DNA of 64,000 nucleotides from Vicinamibacteria bacterium. Lineage in GTDB: Bacteria; Acidobacteriota; Vicinamibacteria; Marinacidobacterales; Marinacidobacteraceae. Numbering within the stretch: position 1 is the stretch's first letter; every line of letters begins with the position of its first letter. Location: contig OY729431.1 in assembly GCA_963422395.1 (NCBI GenBank), positions 1-64,000 on the forward strand, read 5' to 3'. Positions 21,536 through 31,125 of this stretch are shown here, piece after piece. A program made the position numbers and the translations under genes. The notes beneath the pieces were generated by a model. The model was given only the letters and a program-made list of their open reading frames with translations. It did not search any database and had not been told where the DNA came from.

Positions 21536-21913
21536 TCAGGCCTCGGAGTAGAGCATTCCGGCCAGGTAGCCGGCGATCCCCATCTCGACCAGAGTCCAGA
21601 CGAGGGCGAGGGTCATGCCGTCGGGCGCCATCCCCATGTTCATCATGGCGATCCCGGGGAGCAGGTTGTGGAGGATCCACACCATGACCCCGGCGCAGAT
21701 CGCCGCTTTGGCGCCCGCCCCCCAGCGGGGACGCGCCACCGCATACATATAGGCGACCAGGGCGCCGAGTACGAAGGCGTACACCACCCAAAGCCCCATG
21801 GATCCGCCTGCCCCCTCGGGCATCGGGATCACGAACATGTTCAGGATGAATTCGCTGACATTGATGAGCAGCCCGGCAACGAGTCCGCCCTTGATGATTC
21901 CCGCAAGGTTCAT
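21536..21913 (-). CDS. Small four-TM membrane protein of unknown function
   Basis: Four hydrophobic helices, GGAGG RBS and codon usage like the neighbours. Confidence 0.75.
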   Translation of the reverse strand: MNLAGIIKGGLVAGLLINVSEFILNMFVIPMPEGAGGSMGLWVVYAFVLGALVAYMYAVARPRWGAGAKAAICAGVMVWILHNLLPGIAMMNMGMAPDGMTLALVWTLVEMGIAGYLAGMLYSEA

Positions 21914-22043
21914 GGTCTTTCCTCCTCCTCTCCGATCGACGATCTAGAGGGGCGGCCTATATTGCCGGCGACTGCGGCCGGGTTGCAACCGCGACCGGGT
22001 TACATCCGACCGCGGCCGGATAAGGCCGGGCCCGACGCCCGGA

Positions 22044-22790
22044 TCAGCGGCCGCTGATGATGCGGAAGAGATTGCGGACCGGGTCGTAGAAGCGGTCCAC
22101 GACTCGCTCCTTCAACGGGATGATCGCGTTGTCGGTGATCGTGATGTGCTCCGGACACACGCGGGTGCAACACTTGGTGATGTTGCAGTAACCGACACCC
22201 TGCGTTTCCCGGAGTTCCCCGAGCCGGTCCTCGGTGTCCAGGGGGTGCATTTCGAGCGCCGCGGCATGGACGAAGAACCGGGGGCCGATGAACTCGTCGT
22301 GCTTTTGCGAATCCCGCAGCACATGGCAGACATCCTGGCACAGGAAACACTCGATGCACTTCCGGAACTCCTGCACCCGGTCCACATCGCGTTGGTCCAT
22401 CCGCCAAGTCCCGTCGGGAGCGTCGGGCGGGCGCGGACGGAACTTCCGGATCTTCTTCTTGACCTCGAAATTCCAGGAGACATCGGCCACGAGATCCCGG
22501 ACCAGCGGGAAGGCCCGCATCGGCTCGACGGTCACCGGCTCGTCTGCCGGGAGATCGCTCATCCGGGTCATGCACAGGAGCCGTGGATTGCCGTTCACCT
22601 CGGCGCTGCAGGAGCCGCACTTGCCCGCTTTGCAATTCCAGCGGACCGCGAGGTCGCCCGCCGATTCGGCCTGGATCTGGTGTACGGCATCGAGAACCAC
22701 CATGCCCTCGGTGATGTCGGTGGCGTAGTCGGCGAAAGCGCCGTCCCCGCCACGCTCCCCGCGCCAGATGCGGAAGGTCCGGGTCGCCAT
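22044..22790 (-). CDS. sdhB: Succinate dehydrogenase/fumarate reductase iron-sulfur subunit
   Basis: CKAGKCGSC, CIECFLCQDVC and CNITKCCTRVCP. Start MATRTF overlaps the sdhA stop. Confidence 0.92.
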   Translation of the reverse strand: MATRTFRIWRGERGGDGAFADYATDITEGMVVLDAVHQIQAESAGDLAVRWNCKAGKCGSCSAEVNGNPRLLCMTRMSDLPADEPVTVEPMRAFPLVRDLVADVSWNFEVKKKIRKFRPRPPDAPDGTWRMDQRDVDRVQEFRKCIECFLCQDVCHVLRDSQKHDEFIGPRFFVHAAALEMHPLDTEDRLGELRETQGVGYCNITKCCTRVCPEHITITDNAIIPLKERVVDRFYDPVRNLFRIISGR

Positions 22791-24613
22791 CAGCGGTTCT
22801 CCTCGATGATCTGCTGCAGCTCTTCGCGCGGGGGGATGACCGGCGTCTCGGCGATCTCCATCGCGCCATCCCCGCTCTTCGAAACCACCAGGGTCGTCCT
22901 CCCCCATTTCTCGTCCTTGCCGGGATGGTCCTCGCGGAAATGCGCGCCCCGGCTTTCCTTGCGGAGGGCGGCGGTGCGCGCCACCGCCTCGGACACGAGC
23001 AACAGGTTGGGTAGGTCGAGCGCGGTATGCCACCCGGGGTTGTAGGAACGGTTGCCGGTCACCCGAACCGCTCCCGAGCGCTCCCGGAGTGCGAGTACGC
23101 CTTCGACCCCCGCCTCGAGCTCCTGCTGCCGGCGCACGATCCCCACCTTCTCCTGCATCAGGTCCTGCAGCTCGCTCTGGATCGCAAAGGGACCCTCGCC
23201 GCTTTCGGAACCACCCTGTAGAGCGAACGGAACGAGGGCGGCGTGCTCCGCCGACTCTGCCTGATCGGCCTCCGCAGCGGTGCAGTCGGGCCGCGGATTC
23301 GCAGCGGCGAAACCGGCAGCGTGCTCCCCGGCGCGCTTGCCGAAGACGAGCAGGTCGGAGAGCGAGTTGCCGCCGAGCCGGTTGGCGCCGTGGAGTCCGC
23401 CGGCGCATTCTCCGGCAGCGAACAGACCCGGAACCCGCGACATCTGGGTCTCGCCGTCCACCCGGACCCCGCCCATCACATAGTGGGTCGTCGGGCCCAC
23501 CTCCATGGGGTCTTCGGTGATGTCGATCCCGGCCAGCTCCCGGAATTGGTGATACATGCTCGGCAGCTTGCGGCGGATATGCCCCTCGCCGTCCTTCAGC
23601 TTTTCCCGGATCCAGGCGATGTCGAGGAATACCCCGCCGTGCGGGCTGCCCCGGCCCTCCCGGATCTCCCGGACGATGCAGCGGGCCACATGGTCGCGGG
23701 TCAGGAGCTCCGGGGGGCGCCGCGCCTCCTTGTCGCCCTGGGTATAACGCCAGCCTTCCTCGGGATCGCTGGCCGTCTGGTTGGCATAGAGATCGGGAAT
23801 GTCGTCGAACAGGAAACGGCGCCCTTCGCTGTTTCGCAACACGCCGCCCTCTCCCCGGACTCCCTCGGTGACCAGGATGCCGCGCACGCTCGGCGGCCAG
23901 ACCATCCCGGTAGGGTGGAACTGGACATACTCCATGTCGATCAGCTCCGCGCCCGCGTGGTAGGCGAGCGCGTGGCCGTCCCCGGTGTATTCCCAGCTGT
24001 TCGAGGTGATCCGGAACGCCCTCCCGATGCCGCCGGTGGCGAGCACCACCGCCGCCGCCCGGAAGAGGCGGAACCGTCCCTTCTCCCGGTCGTACCCGAA
24101 GGCGCCCACTACCCGCCCGCCGTCGGTGAGCAGTCGGGTGATCGTCCACTCCATGTAGATGTCCATCCCGAGATGCACTCCGTGGTCCTGGAGGGTGCGG
24201 ATCATCTCGAGGCCGGTCCGATCGCCCACATGCGCCAGGCGCGGATACTTGTGGCCGCCGAAGTTGCGCTGGAGGATTCGCTCATCCCGGGTGCGGTCGA
24301 AGACCGCGCCCCACGCCTCGAGTTCCCGAACGCGGACCGGCGCCTCACGGGCATGGAGTTCCGCCATCGTCGGGTCGTTCCCGTACTGGCCGCCGCGCAT
24401 GGTGTCGGCGAAATGAATCTTCCAGTCATCCCGGCCGTCCACATTGCCGAGGGCAGCGGCGATCCCGCCCTCGGCCATCACCGTATGCGCCTTCCCGAGC
24501 AGGGATTTCGTGACGAGGCCCACCCGGGCGCCCGCAGCCGACGCTTCGATCGCCGCCCGGAGGCCGGCGCCGCCGGCGCCGATGACGAGCACATCGTGCT
24601 CGGAGACCAGCAT
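22790..24613 (-). CDS. sdhA: Succinate dehydrogenase/fumarate reductase flavoprotein subunit
   Basis: GAGGAG, AHTVMAEGG (covalent FAD His), QFHPT, HGANRLGGNSL and ESRGAH. Confidence 0.93.
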   Translation of the reverse strand: MLVSEHDVLVIGAGGAGLRAAIEASAAGARVGLVTKSLLGKAHTVMAEGGIAAALGNVDGRDDWKIHFADTMRGGQYGNDPTMAELHAREAPVRVRELEAWGAVFDRTRDERILQRNFGGHKYPRLAHVGDRTGLEMIRTLQDHGVHLGMDIYMEWTITRLLTDGGRVVGAFGYDREKGRFRLFRAAAVVLATGGIGRAFRITSNSWEYTGDGHALAYHAGAELIDMEYVQFHPTGMVWPPSVRGILVTEGVRGEGGVLRNSEGRRFLFDDIPDLYANQTASDPEEGWRYTQGDKEARRPPELLTRDHVARCIVREIREGRGSPHGGVFLDIAWIREKLKDGEGHIRRKLPSMYHQFRELAGIDITEDPMEVGPTTHYVMGGVRVDGETQMSRVPGLFAAGECAGGLHGANRLGGNSLSDLLVFGKRAGEHAAGFAAANPRPDCTAAEADQAESAEHAALVPFALQGGSESGEGPFAIQSELQDLMQEKVGIVRRQQELEAGVEGVLALRERSGAVRVTGNRSYNPGWHTALDLPNLLLVSEAVARTAALRKESRGAHFREDHPGKDEKWGRTTLVVSKSGDGAMEIAETPVIPPREELQQIIEENR

Positions 24614-25420
24614 TCAGAAGATCCGGTAGTCGGTCCAGACGCCCATCGAGCAGAGCCGGACATAGAGATCGGAGAAGGCGACCCAGAACAGGCTGCACCA
24701 GGCGAACTTCATATGGCGGAGATTGAGCCAGCTCGAACAGTCGTACGCGCAGCGCTGCGCCGGTCTGCCGGATATCCGGTCGCGGAACCCGCCGACGAGG
24801 TGGCGGAACGAATGGCAGCCGAAGGTGTACCCGCCGAGCAGGATCACATTCATCGTCAGCACCAGGGTGCCGACCCCGACTCCGAACTGCTCCGCGCCGG
24901 CCGCGAGACCGGGGAACCACATCGCCTTCCAAGCGTCGAAGGCGAGGATGCCGATGAACACCACCGCCAGGTAGAGGAAGTAGCGGTGGATATTCTGCAG
25001 GAGGAGCGGGAGGCTGTTCTCCCCGCGGTAGGTCTTCCAGGGTTTGCCGACGGTGCAAGACGCAGGACTCGCCCAGAACGCCTTGTAATAGGAACCCCGG
25101 TAGTAGTAGCAGGTGAGCCGGAACCCAGCCGGCGCCCAGAGGATCAGGAAAGCCGGCGACCAGGGGAGGAATGCCGGCCAGAAGCCCGGTTTCGGGCCGA
25201 ACCAAGCGTGATGCGAATCCCCGAAGAGTACCGGCGAATACATCGGCGAAAGGTAGTTGCCGAGTTCGTAGTGGGCGTTTTGGAACGCCGCCCAGGTGGA
25301 GTAGATGAGAAACCCGGACAGCACCAGAAAAGTGGTCAGGGGGACCGCCCACCAGCGGTCTCGCCTCCGTGTGACTCCGAATCCCTGTTGTTTCGGAAGG
25401 ACTCCCGCGACCGCCGGCAC
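24614..25420 (-). CDS. Succinate dehydrogenase membrane anchor, mycobacterial Sdh1 (Rv0249c-like) type; start approximate
   Basis: YLSP.YSP, FRLTCYYYR, LQNIHRYF and GCHSFRH. It is the first gene of the sdh operon. Confidence 0.82.
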   Translation of the reverse strand: MPAVAGVLPKQQGFGVTRRRDRWWAVPLTTFLVLSGFLIYSTWAAFQNAHYELGNYLSPMYSPVLFGDSHHAWFGPKPGFWPAFLPWSPAFLILWAPAGFRLTCYYYRGSYYKAFWASPASCTVGKPWKTYRGENSLPLLLQNIHRYFLYLAVVFIGILAFDAWKAMWFPGLAAGAEQFGVGVGTLVLTMNVILLGGYTFGCHSFRHLVGGFRDRISGRPAQRCAYDCSSWLNLRHMKFAWCSLFWVAFSDLYVRLCSMGVWTDYRIF

Positions 25421-25457
25421 CGCCGGGCAAGTGTACCAGCGACGCTTCGGATCTCGC

Positions 25458-26276
25458 TCAGTACGCGCAGCGAAAACCGGTGTGGTCCCAGGCAGAGTCC
25501 GCGGCCGCGCGGTTTTCCCAGCCGATGAGGTAGCCCCGACAGGAGTTCTCCGCGCAGAGGAACGATCCGCCGCGGAGGCGGCGGTCGTCGGGGCCTCCGC
25601 CGTCCACCCATTCCCACACATTCCCCGCCATGTCGAACAGGCCGTAGCGGTTCGGAGCGAAACTCCCCACCGGGGCGAGGCCCGGGAAGCGGTCGCCGAG
25701 AGCAGGGTGGAGGGGGAAGAGGCCGTCCCAGAGATTGGCGCGCGGCGGTCCGGCGAAGGGCGCCTGCTCTCCCCACGGGAAAGGGTTCCCCGCCCGCCCG
25801 CCCCGGGCCGCGCGTTCCCATTCGGCCCCTGTCGGCAGCCTTCCTCCGGCGTCCCGGCAAAAGGCGGCAGCATCGTTCCAGCTCACCTGCACCACCGGGT
25901 GATCGTCCGCCGGAAGCGGGCGGTCGGGGCCGCGCGGACGGCGCCAATCCGCGCCGGGGACCATGACCCACCAGGGAGCCCCGGGGACGACGGGTGCCTC
26001 GGGGGGTGCGGTTCCGGGGGCGTGGAAGACGAGCGACCATCCCAGACGCTCGGCGTCGGTGGCGTGGCCGGCACCCGCCGAAAAGGCGGCGAATTCGCCG
26101 GTGGTGGCCTCATTCCGATCCAGGCGAAAAGCCGGAATCCCGTCCCCGGCGGGAATCCACACCGTCCCCGGCGGCCCGACGCCGGCGGAGCATCCCGAAA
26201 GCGCCAGCAGCAGGGCCGCCGCGCGGAAGCGGCTTACACTCGGCGGCTCGGGAGGGGGAAGGGCGGCATGCGGCAC
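25458..26276 (-). CDS. Formylglycine-generating enzyme (SUMF1/FGE-sulfatase) family lipoprotein; start approximate
   Basis: HPVVQVSWNDA, RLPT.AEWE.AARGG, DMAGNVWEW, RGGSFLC...C and GFRC, plus lipobox LSGC. Confidence 0.85.
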   Translation of the reverse strand: MPHAALPPPEPPSVSRFRAAALLLALSGCSAGVGPPGTVWIPAGDGIPAFRLDRNEATTGEFAAFSAGAGHATDAERLGWSLVFHAPGTAPPEAPVVPGAPWWVMVPGADWRRPRGPDRPLPADDHPVVQVSWNDAAAFCRDAGGRLPTGAEWERAARGGRAGNPFPWGEQAPFAGPPRANLWDGLFPLHPALGDRFPGLAPVGSFAPNRYGLFDMAGNVWEWVDGGGPDDRRLRGGSFLCAENSCRGYLIGWENRAAADSAWDHTGFRCAY

Positions 26277-26282
26277 CCGACG

Positions 26283-27002
26283 ATGATGATCCCGGGAGCG
26301 CTGGCGCTGCTGCTGGCCGCGGCTTGCGGGAGTGGCGGGCTCTCGGAGGGTTCCGGGCAGGACGACCCTTTTCGGCACGAAAGGTCGCTGATGGTGCGAA
26401 ACCAGATCGAAACCCGCGGAATCCGCGACCGGGCGGTGCTGGCGGCGATGGGGACGGTCCCCCGCGAGCGGTTCGTCCCGGAGCCCCAGCGCCGGAATGC
26501 CTATGCGGACCATCCGTTGCCGATCGGGGAAGGGCAGACGATTTCCCAGCCGTACATCGTGGCGCTGATGAGCACGCTGGCGCAGCTCCGGCCGGGCGAC
26601 CGAGTGCTGGAGATCGGTACCGGCTCCGGCTACCAGGCAGCGATCCTCGCCGAAATCGGCGCGGAGGTGTGGTCCATCGAACGGCTCCCAGGAATCGCCG
26701 CGCGCGCCGAGGCAGTGCTGCGGGAAGGCGGGTACGACAGGGTCCGTCTCCGGGTAGGCGACGGGTACCTCGGCTGGCCGGAAGCCGCTCCCTTCGATCG
26801 AATCGTGGTGACCGCGGCGCCGCCGGAAATCCCCGGGGCGCTCCTCGACCAGCTCGCTCCCGGCGGGCGGCTCGTCGCGCCGGTCGGAGAGGACCCCTGG
26901 AATCAAAGGCTGCTGGTGGCGGTCCGGAACGAAAGCGGGAAGATCGAGATCGCCGACCACGGCGGGGTCGCTTTCGTCCCCATGGTGCCCGGAAAACGCT
27001 GA
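26283..27002 (+). CDS. pcm: Protein-L-isoaspartate(D-aspartate) O-methyltransferase with N-terminal lipoprotein-like signal
   Basis: VPRERF, AYADHPLPIG.GQTISQPY, VLEIGTGSGY and APFDRI.VTAA. Confidence 0.92.
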   Translation: MMIPGALALLLAAACGSGGLSEGSGQDDPFRHERSLMVRNQIETRGIRDRAVLAAMGTVPRERFVPEPQRRNAYADHPLPIGEGQTISQPYIVALMSTLAQLRPGDRVLEIGTGSGYQAAILAEIGAEVWSIERLPGIAARAEAVLREGGYDRVRLRVGDGYLGWPEAAPFDRIVVTAAPPEIPGALLDQLAPGGRLVAPVGEDPWNQRLLVAVRNESGKIEIADHGGVAFVPMVPGKR

Positions 27003-27012
27003 ACCGTTCGGG

Positions 27013-28083
27013 TTACTCGATAGCCTCGACCCGGTTCGCACCGAGACCGGCGGCGAGGTTCCCGATGCGGCTCGCGGTCCGCTGATCGGTGAACTCCGCG
27101 AGCAAGGGAGCCAGACCGGCGAGCTTCATCTCCAGCACTCTCCGGCGGAGGCGCTTCGGCCTGAGGACCTCGATCCAGTCCCACCAACCGATGACATGGC
27201 GGGCCAGGTCGTCCAGCCCGCCGGCGCGAAAGCGCACTACCGTCGAACCGTCGGGCTCCCGCGTGATCTTCTGGGTCGAATGGAACTTCCACTTCCAGGG
27301 CTCGGGCGCCTGCGGGTGGAACCTCCACTTCACCTGGACCGGCTTCTCGGCATAGGACCCGAAGAACTGCATCAGGTAGTTGGACAACGCATCCTCTGCC
27401 AGGAAATATGGTTCCTCGAGGACTTCCACCTCGCTCATCCGATCGAGGCGAAACTGCATCAGGTCGTCGTCACCATGCAATCTCGCCACCAGGCGCACCG
27501 CTCCACCGTACACGAGACCGGCGGGCGCCGCCCGCTTCTGCGAGATGCGCCCGGCTTCGTTCTGGTAGCGGAAACGCACCTCATGCCGCTCCAGAATGGC
27601 CTGGCGCAAAGACTCGGTGATGGTTCGGGATACGGGGATGCACGGACCCGGCCGCGAACCGATCCCGAACGCGTCGGTGAGGGCATCGGTATCGGTGCCG
27701 GTTTGCCTGGCGCGTTCCAGCTCTTGCAAAACTCCGTGGAGCCGACTGCGAAGAGCAGTCAGCTGCGCGTGGTGGGGCAGCATCCGGTGTTCGAGGAGTG
27801 ACTCGAGCGCGGCGTCCACCGCCGCCATTTCTTCGCTCGTCGGCGGCTGCTGCTGGAACCTGCGCATCCAGATCATGCCGTTGTCGAGCCAGAACCCCTT
27901 TTCTCCGTTTTCCCGCGAATGCTCCTTGAGCTGATCGCCGAAGATGTATCGGGCTTCCTTGACCCAGCGAAGCGCAGTCCGCCGGTTGATTCCAGCCTCT
28001 TCTTCCAGAGCCGCATAGGTCACCGGTTTTCCGCTCAGCAGCTTGCGGAACAGGAATGCCGCCCGGGTGATCGCGCCCGCCAT
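27013..28083 (-). CDS. HTH-WYL-WCX transcriptional regulator (DriD/PafBC-like)
   Basis: N-terminal wHTH (GINRRTALRW), WYL core (AILERHEVRFRY...FRLDRM) and C-terminal IEVL.P..LR. Confidence 0.85.
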   Translation of the reverse strand: MAGAITRAAFLFRKLLSGKPVTYAALEEEAGINRRTALRWVKEARYIFGDQLKEHSRENGEKGFWLDNGMIWMRRFQQQPPTSEEMAAVDAALESLLEHRMLPHHAQLTALRSRLHGVLQELERARQTGTDTDALTDAFGIGSRPGPCIPVSRTITESLRQAILERHEVRFRYQNEAGRISQKRAAPAGLVYGGAVRLVARLHGDDDLMQFRLDRMSEVEVLEEPYFLAEDALSNYLMQFFGSYAEKPVQVKWRFHPQAPEPWKWKFHSTQKITREPDGSTVVRFRAGGLDDLARHVIGWWDWIEVLRPKRLRRRVLEMKLAGLAPLLAEFTDQRTASRIGNLAAGLGANRVEAIE

Positions 28084-28148
28084 TCGCCTCTCCTGACCTC
28101 GTCCAGGGACACGCCAGTTTTCCCTGCCGGCGGCAATCTGGCGAGATC

Positions 28149-28165
28149 AGGACAGATCCTGTCCT
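28149..28165. promoter_or_regulatory. Palindrome AGGACAG-ATC-CTGTCCT, candidate WYL-regulator operator
   Basis: Perfect 7-bp arms with a 3-bp spacer in the divergent promoter region of the WYL gene. Confidence 0.6.
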
Positions 28166-28186
28166 AACCGCTACGCTTCTTCAAGG

Positions 28187-29305
28187 ATGAAGACCCCACC
28201 GTCGGGCGAGCCTGCGGATGGCGGCGGCTCGGTGCACCCGCTCGTGCTGCTGGGAATGGGGCAGGTCCACCGGTCGCTGCTCCGGATTCTGCAGCGAAAG
28301 TCCGAAGACCTCGCGCGGCGCTACGGGGCCGCGTTCCCGGTGGCCGCCTGCGGTGACCGCGGCGGTTTCGTCCGCGGACCCGGCGCCGAAGGCAGTCGGC
28401 TCACCGACGCCGCCATTCTCGCCGGCAAGGAAGCCGTCCGGGAAGGGGGCGGCCAACGGGGGAAACGATTGGGAGAACTTCCCGGGGCGGAAAGGATCTC
28501 TCTCGCCGAGGCGCTGTCGCTGGCCGGGCCGCGCGGTATCGTGCTGGACGCCGCCTCCATGGACCTCTCGACCGGAGGCGTCGGACTCCGGGTCGCCCGC
28601 GAGGCACTCGGCCGGGGGCTTTCGGTGGTCTTCGCCAACAAATCGGCGGTGGCACTCGCCTTCGACGAGATCGAATCCCTCGCGGCGGCGCAGGGGGCCG
28701 GGATCGGCTGGAGCGCCACCGTCTGCGGCGGGCTTCCGGTGGTGAACGCCGGCCGCCGCGATCTGGTCGCCGCCGCGTTCCGGCGGCTCCGCGGCGTGTT
28801 CAATGCGACGAGCAACCTCGTCCTCGACGGACTCGGCGCCGGACGGCCGCTCGAAGAGGCGGTCGCCGAGGCCAGACGGCGCGGGATCGCCGAGACGGAC
28901 CCCACGAACGATCTCAGCGGCGCCGACACCGCCGCGAAACTGGTCATCCTGGTGCGGACCGTGCTCGGGAGACCGGCCGCGTTCGCCGATGTGGAGCGAG
29001 TGGGGATCGAAGGGGCGGGCCGCCCGGCGAACGGCGAAGCGATCCGGCTCCTCGGAGAAGCAGTGATCGAGGACCGCGGAGTCCGGCTCTCCGTTTCTCC
29101 CGTCGCCGTGCCGCGCGCCAGCTTCTTCGGCGGGATCGGCAGCCTCGACATGGCGGTCGAGTGGGAAACCGATCTCTACGGAGTCCAGCGGCTCTCCTGT
29201 ACCGAGGGCGACGCGGTCCCGACCGCGGCGGCGATGCTGCGCGACGCCGTCCACATCGCGCAGGGGAATCCCGCGGGACCGTGGCTTACGATGCGGAACC
29301 CATGA
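28187..29305 (+). CDS. Homoserine dehydrogenase-like protein
   Basis: GMGQV, VFANK, SATVCGGLP, GVFNATSN and AETDPTNDLSGADTAAKL. Confidence 0.82.
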   Translation: MKTPPSGEPADGGGSVHPLVLLGMGQVHRSLLRILQRKSEDLARRYGAAFPVAACGDRGGFVRGPGAEGSRLTDAAILAGKEAVREGGGQRGKRLGELPGAERISLAEALSLAGPRGIVLDAASMDLSTGGVGLRVAREALGRGLSVVFANKSAVALAFDEIESLAAAQGAGIGWSATVCGGLPVVNAGRRDLVAAAFRRLRGVFNATSNLVLDGLGAGRPLEEAVAEARRRGIAETDPTNDLSGADTAAKLVILVRTVLGRPAAFADVERVGIEGAGRPANGEAIRLLGEAVIEDRGVRLSVSPVAVPRASFFGGIGSLDMAVEWETDLYGVQRLSCTEGDAVPTAAAMLRDAVHIAQGNPAGPWLTMRNP

Positions 29306-30615
29306 CCGACCCGGACCACCGCCTCTCGCGCCGTCAGGCCATCGCCGCCGGGCTCGCCGGCGCCGGAGCCACTGCGGGCTGGCTCGGTACCGGCTGCGGC
29401 GCTCCCGGCGCTCCTGCTTCCGGACCGGCGCCGGGGAGATCACGCACCGAAGCTCCCGATGCTCAGGCGGGTCGCGGCGTCCACGCAGCGGTCGTCGGTG
29501 CCGGAGCCTTCGGCGGCTGGACCGCCCTGTGGCTGCTGCGCCAGGGAGCGCGGGTGACTCTTCTCGACGCCTGGGGGCCGGGGAACGCGCGGGCGAGCTC
29601 CGGGGGAGAGACGCGCGTCATCCGCGCCACCTACGGGCCGCACCGCATCTACAGCGAGATGGTGCGGCGCGCCCTCGAGCTCTGGAAAGAGCAGGAGGAG
29701 CTTTGGAGCGACCGCCTGTTCTTCGAAACCGGAGCGCTGTGGATGAGCGACGACGAGGACCGCTACGCGAAGGATGCGGTTCCGATCCTTCGCGAACTCG
29801 ACATCGAATTCGAGGAACTCACCGGCGAGGAACTCGGCCGGCGGTATCCCCAGGTCCACCCCGAGGGAATCGCCTACGCGCTCTTCGAAAAGAGCGCCGG
29901 CTATCTGCTCGCCCGGCGGGGCTGCCAGCGGGTTTTCGAGGGCTTCCTCGCCGAGGGGGGCGAATATCGCCAGGCGGAGGCGGCTGCGGGAACCATCGCC
30001 GGCGGCCGGATGCAGAACCTCCGGGTCGGCGGCGAACGGGTCGAGGCCGACCTCTTCGTGTTCGCCGGCGGCCCCTGGCTGGCGCATCTCTTCCCCGGGT
30101 TCGATCCGCCGCTCGTGAAACCCACCCGGCAGGAAATCCTCTATTTCGGGACTCCGCCGGGGCGCCCCGATCTGACCGACCGCGAACTCCCGGTGTGGGT
30201 CGAGACCGGAAAGAACCTGTTCTATGGGATCCCGGGGAGCAACTACCGAGGCTTCAAGGTGGCGGACGACGCCCGGGGGGCGCCCTTCGATCCCACGGAC
30301 GGGGACCGGACACCGTCACCCGAGGCGATCCGGGCGGCCCGGGAGTACATGGAGCGCCGGTTCCCGGCCATGCGCGGCGCCCCGCTGCTCGAAGCGCGGG
30401 TGTGCCAGTACGAGCAGAGTGCCGACGGCCACCTCATCCTGGACACCCATCCCGAGGCATCGAATGTCTGGATCGCCGGCGGCGGGTCGGGGCACGGCTA
30501 CAAGCTCGGACCGGCACTCGGCGAGATGCTCGCGGAGCAGGTGCTCGGACAGCGGGAGAAGGAGCCTTTCTTCGCCCTCTCCCGGTTCACCGCGGACGCG
30601 GCGGACGGAGGCTGA
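29302..30615 (+). CDS. FAD-dependent oxidoreductase (monomeric sarcosine oxidase-like), Tat lipoprotein
   Basis: SRRQA twin-arginine signal with GTGC, GAGAFG, SSGGETRVIR and GGSGHGYK.GP. Confidence 0.85.
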   Translation: MTDPDHRLSRRQAIAAGLAGAGATAGWLGTGCGAPGAPASGPAPGRSRTEAPDAQAGRGVHAAVVGAGAFGGWTALWLLRQGARVTLLDAWGPGNARASSGGETRVIRATYGPHRIYSEMVRRALELWKEQEELWSDRLFFETGALWMSDDEDRYAKDAVPILRELDIEFEELTGEELGRRYPQVHPEGIAYALFEKSAGYLLARRGCQRVFEGFLAEGGEYRQAEAAAGTIAGGRMQNLRVGGERVEADLFVFAGGPWLAHLFPGFDPPLVKPTRQEILYFGTPPGRPDLTDRELPVWVETGKNLFYGIPGSNYRGFKVADDARGAPFDPTDGDRTPSPEAIRAAREYMERRFPAMRGAPLLEARVCQYEQSADGHLILDTHPEASNVWIAGGGSGHGYKLGPALGEMLAEQVLGQREKEPFFALSRFTADAADGG

Positions 30616-30635
30616 CAAGCGCACCGCCGAGCATG

Positions 30636-31125
30636 ACATCGAGCAGCGCTTCGATGTTTCGCTGATCGCCAGGACTGCACTTAGCAGCCCGTGGACAAAG
30701 TCACACGGCATTGCCGAGTAGCGAGGGGCTCCCGGTCGAGCCTCCCCGACCGGGAGCCCCTCACTCTCCGGCGTGCTCGCGGGGCCATATTCGGCCCCGC
30801 TCGGAGCGACCGGCGATGCCCAGTCCTCCCGGTGGGGCCCCGGCTGAACCGCTTCGCTCTTCGTTGCAAATCAGTCGGAATACGCCCGGTATGCCTCCCG
30901 ATTCGCGCCTTGTCCGCCAGGCGCCTCCCCGGTCTCGGTGCTCGCGCCACTTCATCCACGGACTGTTAGGGAAACAGATCCAGCAGCGTTACCGCCCCGT
31001 CATCGGCGTCCACAAGTGGTTCGCCCACCGTCCGGACACCCTGTTTCGCAGCCTGGTCCTCGCGGAATTCGGCGAGGGCCGGCTGGAAGACACATCCTTC
31101 CGGGCGAACGACCTGTCGGGAATTT
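30636..31125 (+). pseudogene. N-terminal remnant of a DUF1156-type DNA methylase gene, split by a MITE
   Basis: Removing the MITE joins IEQRFDVSLIARTALRE to (frameshift) QIQQRYRPVIGVHKWFAHRPDTLFRSLVLAEF, the typical ...LREKQIQQ.YRP...HKWFARRP N-terminus. Confidence 0.7.
30685..30965. mobile_element. 281-bp MITE with 17-bp imperfect TIRs and TTAG target duplication
   Basis: TTAG at 30681-30684 and 30966-30969. Ends are CAGCCCGTGGACAAAGT and the reverse complement CAGTCCGTGGATGAAGT (14/17). It has internal hairpins and no transposase. Confidence 0.85.
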
